DNA of 20,273 nucleotides, from the IMG/VR virus record IMGVR_UViG_3300033074_002003; one strand, given 5' to 3'. The notes below the pieces were generated by a model that worked only from the letters and a program-made list of their open reading frames with translations, did not search any database and had not been told where the DNA came from. Position numbers and translations under genes: made by a program. Positions 6,217 to 12,600 of the stretch are shown piece by piece. This stretch comes from a virus. The stretch's first letter is position 1. Every line of letters begins with the position of its first letter.

Positions 6217-6296
6217 CCCGTCGTCGTCCAATGGAAGGGCACCGGTCTACGAAACCGGGCAGAGATGCAATGCAGGTTCGAGTCCTGCCGGCGGGG
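6217..6296 (+). tRNA. tRNA-Arg(ACG) with an unusually long (13-nt) variable region, 80 nt
   Basis: Acceptor CCCGTCG/CGGCGGG with one G-U pair. D-stem GTCC/GGGC. Anticodon stem CCGGT/ACCGG with loop CTACGAA. Extra GCA-GAGA-TGC mini-arm before the T-arm GCAGG-TTCGAGT-CCTGC. Confidence 0.5.
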
Positions 6297-6462
6297 CAAT
6301 AGGCGACAGTCGTCGTCCACACCGAAGACTATGACTCGGACGTGTGAGCCGCTCGGAAGCCCGTGCAGAGGGAAGAGAGCGGAAAGTGCCGAGGGCTGTC
6401 GCACTAGCTCGGAGCACCGAAGACAAGTGCTGTAAGTGGGTTGCTCCGCGATGCGGCACTCT

Positions 6463-6548
6463 GGAAGGTAAACCGGCTACGGAGCTGGGCCCGCCTCGAA
6501 AGCGGTGCGGGGCGGCAACGCCCTGGGGTTCGAGCCCTCTACCTTCCG
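6463..6548 (+). tRNA. tRNA-Ser(CGA), type II, 86 nt
   Basis: Acceptor GGAAGGT/ACCTTCC is perfect. Anticodon loop CTCGAAA. Variable arm GGGCG-GCAA-CGCCC. T-loop TTCGAGC. Overlaps the spurious N-terminal extension of track ORF 6505..6903. Confidence 0.6.
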
Positions 6549-6570
6549 CGGAGACGTCATACTTAACGGG

Positions 6571-6903
6571 ATGGCGAACGTGAACGACATCGTGAGGGCC
6601 CTCGTCAGAGAGGTGATTGAGACGTACGATCCGACGGGCGGCGGGTTCAATCCCTACGCTTCTGAGATGGAACTAGACGTCGCGATGATCGACGGAAACA
6701 CGGTGCGAGCGGTCATCGAGTACGGGTACGACGGCGACGAGGTCTCGATCGACAGGGTTCGCAACGCAGAGACCGGCGAGGTCATCCCTCCAGAGGCGCT
6801 CGCCGCAGAGGAAGACGAGCTGCAGATGATCGTGTGGGAGAAGAGAAAAGAAGACGACGAGGTAGAAGCGGCGGCTGACAGGGCCGATTCGCTCGACTGG
6901 TGA
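6571..6903 (+). CDS. acidic hypothetical protein (110 aa)
   Basis: Start moved to ATG 6571, downstream of tRNA-Ser. High GC3. Asp/Glu-rich C-terminus. Confidence 0.45.
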   Translation: MANVNDIVRALVREVIETYDPTGGGFNPYASEMELDVAMIDGNTVRAVIEYGYDGDEVSIDRVRNAETGEVIPPEALAAEEDELQMIVWEKRKEDDEVEAAADRADSLDW

Positions 6904-6913
6904 ACGAGAGATT

Positions 6914-7002
6914 GGAGGGCGTAGACCTGCGTGGTGCGGGCATTCGTTTGGAAAACGAATAGGTGCCGTGAGGTGCCTGCGGTTCGATTCCGCCGCCCTC
7001 CG
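6914..7002 (+). tRNA. tRNA-Ser(GGA), type II, 89 nt
   Basis: Acceptor GGAGGGC/GCCCTCC is perfect. Anticodon stem TTCGT/ACGAA with loop TTGGAAA. Long variable arm. T-loop TTCGATT. Discriminator G. Confidence 0.6.
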
Positions 7003-7042
7003 CTGCTGTGAACAACACAGTGACCCAGAGTAAAATTCTAGG

Positions 7043-7297
7043 GTGAAGCGGTCTGATTGGGTGCCCACCGTGGGCGACATCGTGACAAACAAGTCGTCTG
7101 TCGCGATGTTTCGGGTGATCGAAGTCACTGAGGAGTACGTGCGAGCTCGAAAGGTCTTCTCCCTCTCAAAGAAGAGGGGTGGGGTCTATCGAATTAGCAA
7201 GTTGGGCCTCAGGAAGTTTGTTGTGACCGACCTCCACGAGATGAGCAACTCTCTCGTCGCGCTCGTAGCGGGCGAGAGAAATAGGGGAGCTCGGTGA
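7043..7297 (+). CDS. hypothetical protein (84 aa as listed; start uncertain, GTG or an internal ATG)
   Basis: Open frame with GC-rich third positions. No clear RBS. The start overlaps a motif, ATTCTAGGGTG, that is also found before the CDS at 5086. Confidence 0.3.
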   Translation: MKRSDWVPTVGDIVTNKSSVAMFRVIEVTEEYVRARKVFSLSKKRGGVYRISKLGLRKFVVTDLHEMSNSLVALVAGERNRGAR

Positions 7298-7304
7298 CAG
7301 TTAT

Positions 7305-7380
7305 GGTGGTGTTAGCCTAGTGGTTAGGGCACTCGAATGTGACTCGAGAAATTCGCACGGTTCGATTCCGGCACATCACC
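7305..7380 (+). tRNA. tRNA-His(GTG) with G-1, 76 nt
   Basis: Acceptor GTGGTGT/ACATCAC, preceded by G-1, which can pair with discriminator C. This is the His hallmark. D-stem GCCT/GGGC. Anticodon stem CTCGA/TCGAG with loop ATGTGAC. The T-loop TTCGATT is present but the T-stem is weak, at 3 bp. Confidence 0.6.
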
Positions 7381-7393
7381 CTATGTAGCTTAC

Positions 7394-8272
7394 ATGCTTA
7401 GAACGTGTGATTATTGTGACTTGACTGATGACTTTAATAGCGTTCAATCTTGGGCAGCACACCGTTCGAATTGTATAAAAAATCCCAATCGAACAGCGAA
7501 GCTGGCGAGAATGAGTGAATCGGCAGCCAAAGTTTCACGTAAAATCCTTGCTTTGACGTGTAGTTGTGGTTCGCTATTTTCCATAGAAGTCACAGACGCT
7601 GAAATTACGCGTGGTGCACATAGACACTTCTGTTCGCGGCAATGTGCAAATCGTCGTCAGCATTCGTCTGAAACCAAACAGAAAATTTCGCAAAGTGTTT
7701 CCAGATTTTTTCCCGAATCTATTTCTGTCGAAGTTGAATGTGCCGAGTGCAAGCGTAAATTCGTTGGTAAAACAGGAAGAACGTGTTGTTCACAACAGTG
7801 CGCTCGCGTAATCAATAATCGAAAAAGAATGATTGCAGCACAGTTGCCAGAAACTAGAGCAAAGATCGCAGCGAAGACTTTAGAGGCTTATGCTAACGGT
7901 CGCGAACAGTGTGGTGGGCGAACGAAATGGTTTGATGTTTACACGCTTCGATACGGCAAAATTCGTGTGCAAGGGACGTATGAAGTTCGAGCGTGTCAAA
8001 TTCTTGACAAGATGCTTGCTTCTGGAGAATTGATCGCGTGGGAATATACACGAGCTAGATTTCCTTATGTAGACACGTCTGGCAAACAACGTATGTACAG
8101 ACCGGATTTCAAGCTTGTTTATCCTACACACGAAGAATTTGTTGAAACGAAGGGATTTTCAACACCAAATGACGAACGCAAATGGGAAGCTCTTCGTTTG
8201 TTGGGTCATCATTTGTCAGTGTGGCGTGAAGCTGATCTCAAACAACGTGAATCTAAAGAGCATATGTCCTGA
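7394..8272 (+). CDS. putative free-standing nuclease with a PD-(D/E)xK / Vsr-like (DUF559-like) C-terminal domain and two N-terminal Cys-rich C..CAR modules
   Basis: The C-terminal YEVRACQILD..WEYTRARFPY..YRPDFKLVYPTHEEFVETKG matches the PD..(D/E)xK arrangement. HFCSRQCANRRQ and TCCSQQCARVINNRK resemble the GRFCSKKCARAFS module of the two HNH genes. AT-rich island between tRNA-His and downstream genes. Confidence 0.5.
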   Translation: MLRTCDYCDLTDDFNSVQSWAAHRSNCIKNPNRTAKLARMSESAAKVSRKILALTCSCGSLFSIEVTDAEITRGAHRHFCSRQCANRRQHSSETKQKISQSVSRFFPESISVEVECAECKRKFVGKTGRTCCSQQCARVINNRKRMIAAQLPETRAKIAAKTLEAYANGREQCGGRTKWFDVYTLRYGKIRVQGTYEVRACQILDKMLASGELIAWEYTRARFPYVDTSGKQRMYRPDFKLVYPTHEEFVETKGFSTPNDERKWEALRLLGHHLSVWREADLKQRESKEHMS

Positions 8273-8284
8273 GAGGACACGACA

Positions 8285-8524
8285 ATGAACTGTTCGGTGG
8301 CGCTACGCAACACAATGGCAAACATCGCGCTCGATGCGTTCCCGTTCGCCACGGGCGCGTGGACAGACGGCGATCGCGTGGTCGTGTACGTTAGCGACGA
8401 CCACGACCTCACCGACCAGAGGTCAGGCGACGCGACGTTCAGGTTTCCGGAGTTCGACGGCGAGTCAGTGAGAGAAATTTCGAGGCCCGTCACCATCGAA
8501 TTCGTGAGACACTCGTTCACGTAG
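8285..8524 (+). CDS. hypothetical protein (79 aa)
   Basis: GAGAGGACACGACA precedes the ATG. High GC3. Confidence 0.45.
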   Translation: MNCSVALRNTMANIALDAFPFATGAWTDGDRVVVYVSDDHDLTDQRSGDATFRFPEFDGESVREISRPVTIEFVRHSFT

Positions 8525-8584
8525 CTTAATTGGTAAAGCACCGCATTTTGGCGGAGGCTGTGAGTTCGAATCTCATCGTGAACA
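8515..8584 (+). pseudogene. degenerate tRNA-like gene (70 nt) with a 4-bp anticodon stem and a 6-nt loop
   Basis: Acceptor GTTCACG/CGTGAAC is perfect. D-stem GCTT/AAGC. T-arm GTGAG-TTCGAAT-CTCAT. The anticodon arm is CCGC-ATTTTG-GCGG, which is 3 nt too short. Overlaps the stop of the 8285..8524 CDS. Confidence 0.35.
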
Positions 8585-8586
8585 CA

Positions 8587-8889
8587 ATGTGGGCAACATC
8601 ATACATAGAAGCGCTGCGCGCGGGTGAGACGGTGTCTTTTAGGCCCCGTGGGAACTCGATGCGTCCAAAGATCGAGTCCGGACAGCTTGTCACTGTCTCG
8701 CCCGTCGGCGAGCGCGAGCTGCAAACGGGAGACATCGTCTTGTGCAAGGTTTCTGGTCACCAGTACCTGCACATCATCACCGCCATCGATCAGGACGGCA
8801 GGTGCCAGATCAGCAACAACAGGGGTCACATCAACGGGTGGGCACAGCGACAGAATGTGTTCGGCGTTGTCGTGAAGGTAGAGGACTGA
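8587..8889 (+). CDS. S24-family (LexA/UmuD/signal-peptidase-like) peptidase domain protein
   Basis: GNSMRPKIESGQLVTVSP...GDIVLCKVSG resembles the S24 Ser-Lys dyad motifs (GxSMxP ... GDxVxxK). Start moved to ATG 8587, after the tRNA-like element. The track ORF starts at 8530. Confidence 0.45.
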   Translation: MWATSYIEALRAGETVSFRPRGNSMRPKIESGQLVTVSPVGERELQTGDIVLCKVSGHQYLHIITAIDQDGRCQISNNRGHINGWAQRQNVFGVVVKVED

Positions 8890-8895
8890 GAGAGC

Positions 8896-8982
8896 GGGAG
8901 ATTAGTTCAGAGGAAGAACGCGTCCCCTACAAGGACGATGCCCTTAGGGTTTACACAGGTTCGAATCCTGTATCTCCTACCA
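8896..8982 (+). tRNA. orphan type-II tRNA with anticodon loop CCTACAA (TAC by standard numbering, C33) and an encoded 3' CCA; isotype uncertain
   Basis: Acceptor GGGAGAT/ATCTCCT. D-stem GTTC/GAAC. Anticodon stem CGTCC/GGACG is perfect. 17-nt variable arm GCCC-TTA-GGGT. T-arm ACAGG-TTCGAAT-CCTGT. Discriminator A, then CCA. Confidence 0.45.
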
Positions 8983-9019
8983 CACCTAGTGTTCACATAG
9001 TTCGATATAACTATCGTTC

Positions 9020-9622
9020 ATGAAATGTGAACGCTGTCAAGTTGAACACAGTGGGACGTATGGTTCGGGAAGATTTTGCACAGTCAAGTGTGCGAGATCT
9101 TTTTCAACAGCGTCTACTTCTGAAAAACGTTCAGAGATCAACAAACGAGTATCAGCGACACTAACGCAACCGCCAAAAGTAGCGACCTGTTGCATGTGTA
9201 ACACGCGGTATGAAACGCGACATCAGCGTTCTACATGTTGTAGTAAAGAGTGTCGAAAAGCTCGTAAAGCTCAAGTACAACACAACGTAACTAGAGAACA
9301 AAGAATCGAATTGGGCATCAAGAGTTCCTTTGGCAAATATGTTCGAAATCCGACAAGTTTGTATGATTTGAGCAACCGAACAATCAGTAAGATTCTTACA
9401 AGACTCGGAATCGGGTGTTCTTTGTGTGGTTGGTCTGCTGGAAAGTGTGACATTCATCACATTCGTGGTCGGAAAATTGAAGAAGCAGACAGACACGAAA
9501 ATTTGGCCTACGTGTGTCCAAATTGTCACAGGCTGATTCACAACAAGAAAATCAAGATTGACAGTCTTGTATCACTTCAAGATCAGATTGGTGATCGCTG
9601 GAAAGAGCTCTATTACGGTTAA
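9020..9622 (+). CDS. HNH homing endonuclease, a paralog of 361..1080
   Basis: N-terminal MKCERCQVEHSGTYGSGRFCTVKCARSFS. HNH motif CDIHHIRGRKIEEADRHENLAYVCPNCHRLIHN. AT-rich. Confidence 0.75.
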   Translation: MKCERCQVEHSGTYGSGRFCTVKCARSFSTASTSEKRSEINKRVSATLTQPPKVATCCMCNTRYETRHQRSTCCSKECRKARKAQVQHNVTREQRIELGIKSSFGKYVRNPTSLYDLSNRTISKILTRLGIGCSLCGWSAGKCDIHHIRGRKIEEADRHENLAYVCPNCHRLIHNKKIKIDSLVSLQDQIGDRWKELYYG

Positions 9623-9623
9623 G

Positions 9624-10013
9624 ATGAAAGTACTGATTTCTGGCGATCGAGAGTGGACGGACGTCGAGACTATTGTTGCTGCACTCGAGATGCTCCCGCC
9701 CGGGTCTGTCATCGTTCACGGCAACTGTCGGGGCGCTGACATCATTGCTCGCGAGTGTGCGATCGCAATGGGCATCGAGCACAGGTCCTACCCCGCGAAG
9801 TGGCACTTGTACGGAAATTCGGCGGGCGCGATTCGCAACAGAGAGATGGTTCGCGAGGAACACCTGTCAGAAGAGCCCATTGAGCTGGTGCTGGCGTTTC
9901 ACGACTCACTCACAGAAAAAAGCAAGGGAACGAGAGACATGGTAACCGTTGCTGAGGCTGTGGGAATTCCCTGGGTGCTTTGCCTGTCCGCCGCGAAGCG
10001 CGCGAATATGTAA
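9624..10013 (+). CDS. SLOG / DUF2493-like (YspA-like Rossmann) protein
   Basis: MKVLISGDREWTD...VIVHGNCRGADIIARECA...YPAKWHLYGNSAGAIRNREMV matches the phage DUF2493/SLOG signature (GxxxGAD ... GPIRN). Start set at ATG 9624, just after the HNH stop. The track ORF starts at 9558 inside the HNH gene. Confidence 0.5.
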   Translation: MKVLISGDREWTDVETIVAALEMLPPGSVIVHGNCRGADIIARECAIAMGIEHRSYPAKWHLYGNSAGAIRNREMVREEHLSEEPIELVLAFHDSLTEKSKGTRDMVTVAEAVGIPWVLCLSAAKRANM

Positions 10014-10020
10014 GAGAGCA

Positions 10021-10506
10021 ATGTCGTCGCTTCGCACCTTCGTGCAGATTCTCGTCGAGAGGGTGGGTGCTCCGCTACCAGACGAGGCGATTAGTGCGAT
10101 CGTGGGGGAGTACGCAGAGTCGCCGAAGCACCCTGAGATGCGACTCACGTGGAAGTGGGGCTCTGTTCACAGCGGCAGGCGCGTTCCCGGGTGGGGAGCG
10201 TACGTTCCCGACGATTTCGCGATTGTGATGAAGAGGTCGAGGGGAGCGAGCCCAGAAGATTTTGTCCTGACGCTCCTGCACGAGCTCGAACACTACAACC
10301 AGCACGTGAGAATGGCAGATGAGCTCCCGCAGGGCGCGACGAGGCAGGAGATCGTCGACGCATGGACAGAGTCGTACGGCGGGGCACTGAACACCTCGTC
10401 CTACGATGATAATATGTACGAGGTCTCAGCAGAGGCATTTGCACAGTCAGAGTTGGAGAACGCTCTGCAGATCGCTGGGATCACCCCGTCGTGGCCGAAT
10501 GGATAG
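10021..10506 (+). CDS. putative zinc metallopeptidase (HExxH)
   Basis: LTLLHELEHYNQH HExxH motif. Start set at ATG 10021, after AAGAGAGCA. Confidence 0.4.
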   Translation: MSSLRTFVQILVERVGAPLPDEAISAIVGEYAESPKHPEMRLTWKWGSVHSGRRVPGWGAYVPDDFAIVMKRSRGASPEDFVLTLLHELEHYNQHVRMADELPQGATRQEIVDAWTESYGGALNTSSYDDNMYEVSAEAFAQSELENALQIAGITPSWPNG

Positions 10507-10510
10507 GCAC

Positions 10511-10559
10511 CTCCCTCCGAAGGAGACTCACGCAGGTTCGAATCCTGCCGAAGGGGCCA
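10511..10559 (+). pseudogene. tRNA 3' fragment: short hairpin CTCC-GAA-GGAG, T-arm GCAGG-TTCGAAT-CCTGC, acceptor strand, discriminator and encoded CCA
   Basis: The T-arm is identical to that of tRNA-Asn at 4268-4284. No acceptor 5' partner lies within 90 nt upstream. Confidence 0.4.
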
Positions 10560-10570
10560 TAGTTACAAAT

Positions 10571-10657
10571 GGGAATCTAGCTCAAAGTCCGCGTCAGCGG
10601 GGGCAGAGCGGTCCGTTAGTAAGCGGACAGGTCCCGGTTCGAGCCCGGGGATTTCCT
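10571..10657 (+). tRNA. atypical 87-nt tRNA-like gene (perfect acceptor and T-arm, 8-nt anticodon-type loop TTAGTAAG, hairpin inserted in the D region)
   Basis: Acceptor GGGAATC/GATTTCC. T-arm CCCGG-TTCGAGC-CCGGG. Stem GTCCG/CGGAC closes an 8-nt loop. The D region GCTC...GAGC encloses an extra 5-bp hairpin, TCCGC-GTCA-GCGGG. Confidence 0.35.
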
Positions 10658-10661
10658 CAGA

Positions 10662-11195
10662 TCACTTGTCGGTGCGTGGGATGGGAGGTTTTGCCGCGAC
10701 GGACGAGACTCTCTTTGTCTGTGTGCTGTCGTTCTTCGTGAGCGCCTTGTGAATCGCCGTCGGGCGAGGTGGCGGAGCGGTATCGCCCGTGTGGACCTCG
10801 CGGAGGCTCGGTATCGAGATCTTCTTTACGTTTGACTCGAGTGCAGCCTCGATTTCAGAGATTCGCCTCTGCACCTCGACGTACTTCGCGAGGAGCGCGT
10901 CGTAGTCCTCGCGCTGCGACGCGATCGTCGACATGAATGTCGTGTAGCCCGCCTGCGCATCTTTGATGTCGTTCAGCATGAAAGCGGCGTCCCGGCGCAG
11001 CTCGTTCAACTGAGCCTCCAGTGCCTGGTTTTCTTTCGTGGCCGTAAATCCGGTGACGATCTCTTCCTTTACGCGCCACAGCAGGTAGATCACGATCAGT
11101 CCGATAGCGAGCGCTCCCACCTTGATGCAGAGGTCTAGGAGGACTGGGTCGACGAAACGACCGAAATCGAACTGCGAGGCCGAGGACAAAAACAT
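10662..11195 (-). CDS. membrane-anchored coiled-coil protein (N-terminal transmembrane helix, type-II topology), the only minus-strand gene
   Basis: Hydrophobic LLDLCIKVGALAIGLIVIYLLW. Heptad-like ALEAQLNELRRDAAFMLNDIKDAQAGY. Pro-rich tail. Start set at the internal Met (ATG at 11195-11193 on the minus strand) because the listed start, 11285, would overlap tRNA-Ser(GCT) on the + strand. Confidence 0.45.
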   Translation of the reverse strand: MFLSSASQFDFGRFVDPVLLDLCIKVGALAIGLIVIYLLWRVKEEIVTGFTATKENQALEAQLNELRRDAAFMLNDIKDAQAGYTTFMSTIASQREDYDALLAKYVEVQRRISEIEAALESNVKKISIPSLREVHTGDTAPPPRPTAIHKALTKNDSTQTKRVSSVAAKPPIPRTDK

Positions 11196-11221
11196 GACAA
11201 AGTGTAAGTATTGAACGACAC

Positions 11222-11309
11222 GAGAACGAATGGAAGCATACTCAAGAGGCTGACGAGATCCGACTGCTAATCGGATGTGTCCCATAAAGGCACCGCGGGT
11301 TCGAATCCC
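11222..11309 (+). tRNA. tRNA-Ser(GCT), type II, 88 nt
   Basis: Acceptor GGAAGCA/TGCTTCC is perfect. Anticodon stem TCCGA/TCGGA with loop CTGCTAA. Variable arm GTGTC-CCATAAA-GGCAC. T-arm GCGGG-TTCGAAT-CCCGC. Confidence 0.65.
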
Positions 11310-11364
11310 GCTGCTTCCGCAAATCTGAACACCACCCAGTAGAGCGGTATGATAGGACGGACAG

Positions 11365-11454
11365 TCACACTGTTGGAGGCGTGGTGGAGTGGTCGATCAC
11401 GTCCGTCTTGAAAACGGAAGATCGGTGATGAGCCGGTCCGGGGGTTCGAATCCC
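11365..11454 (+). tRNA. tRNA-Ser(TGA), type II, 90 nt
   Basis: Acceptor GGAGGCG/CGCCTCC is perfect. 3-bp D-stem with a long loop. Anticodon stem TCCGT/ACGGA with loop CTTGAAA. Variable arm CGGT-GATGA-GCCG. T-arm GGGGG-TTCGAAT-CCCTC. Confidence 0.7.
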
Positions 11455-11596
11455 TCCGCCTCCGCAAATTCTGTACAAACCGCTCTCAGTGAGCCATAAT
11501 GAGCATGACCTGAAAATTGTCGCCGAGAACCGAAGTTTTCGGTGTCACCCATCACACCGTGTGTTACAACAGTCACTCTTGGAGGAGTGATACGCA

Positions 11597-12283
11597 ATGG
11601 AAGACACTGCTGTCGCAGAAGACGCTGTTGACGATGACATCAGCGTCTCGATGCCCGATGATGTCGTTCCCACAGAACCCCGTCCCGCGTGGAAGCCCGA
11701 TATCAGCGCGCTGCCGAACGCCTACGAGTGGGTGGGTGGAGAGCCGCGCCTCCTTGTTGGCGTGAAAGACAAGATTGTCATCGACTACTCTGCGCTCGAG
11801 GCGGGACTGTTCCTCGACACGAGGTGTTGGGTGATCGACAAGGTGGGCGAGGACGGGTACCTCGGTCTCTACGATCCACACCAGCGACAGTACGGGTGCA
11901 CGAACTGGATCACCGGTCCGAAGCGGGGACTTCTCATCAAGATTCCCGGTTCTGCGAGCGACCTCGTCGGTGTGGGCGTGATGTCGCGCAAGGGAGCGAG
12001 GAGAGCGGTGGCGCGAGCCCTGAAAGAGCAGCGCGCGGCGGACGAGGCCGCTACGAAGAAGACTGCTGATGCACCCGGTGGAGAGAAGAAGCGCGGGAGG
12101 GGTAGGCCGAAGGGGACGATCAACAGCAAGACGCGAGATCGCCTCGTTGCTGCGGGTCACGATCCCGCGAAGCTCACGAAACAGCAGATCGACGAAATCA
12201 TGGCGGGAATTCGCAAAGCTGAGTACGAGAACGCGAAGGCAGAGAAACGTAGGCTGAAGGAACTGAAGAAGGACGGACGATGA
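11597..12283 (+). CDS. hypothetical DNA-binding protein with an AT-hook (GRGRPKG) and a Lys/Arg-rich C-terminus
   Basis: Strong SD GGAGGAG 8 nt upstream. KKRGRGRPKGT AT-hook motif. Acidic N-terminus. Confidence 0.55.
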   Translation: MEDTAVAEDAVDDDISVSMPDDVVPTEPRPAWKPDISALPNAYEWVGGEPRLLVGVKDKIVIDYSALEAGLFLDTRCWVIDKVGEDGYLGLYDPHQRQYGCTNWITGPKRGLLIKIPGSASDLVGVGVMSRKGARRAVARALKEQRAADEAATKKTADAPGGEKKRGRGRPKGTINSKTRDRLVAAGHDPAKLTKQQIDEIMAGIRKAEYENAKAEKRRLKELKKDGR

Positions 12284-12600
12284 AGAAGAGGCAGCAGCAG
12301 TCGGGTCGTGGTCAGAGCAACGTGATCGAGTTCGAGCGTGTGGATGTCAATGACATCTGTTACGCCTCCGACGACGAGCTCTACCAGCTCTCGCACGAAC
12401 TTACTTCTGCCCGCGAGCGCGGGCGTGACCTCGATACCCGCGATGTGGAGATCGAGATCTGCTACGTGCAGCGCGAGAAGAAGATTCGCGCGGCTCGCAG
12501 GGAGGCTCACGAGCTGTACGTGCAGAACCTGCAGAACGAGAACGCCGCGCTGGGAAATGCGATGGCCCTCTCGCTCTCGCCCACCGAGGTGGCGAACTGA
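12280..12600 (+). CDS. hypothetical protein (106 aa)
   Basis: ATGA overlap with the upstream stop. High GC3. Coiled-coil-like. Confidence 0.5.
   Translation: MKKRQQQSGRGQSNVIEFERVDVNDICYASDDELYQLSHELTSARERGRDLDTRDVEIEICYVQREKKIRAARREAHELYVQNLQNENAALGNAMALSLSPTEVAN

Noticed and set aside
11689-12069. 126-aa alternative + frame ORF inside the AT-hook protein gene
   Set aside because: The primary frame (11597..12283) has the SD, the start and coherent GC3. This is an internal out-of-frame ORF typical of GC-rich DNA.
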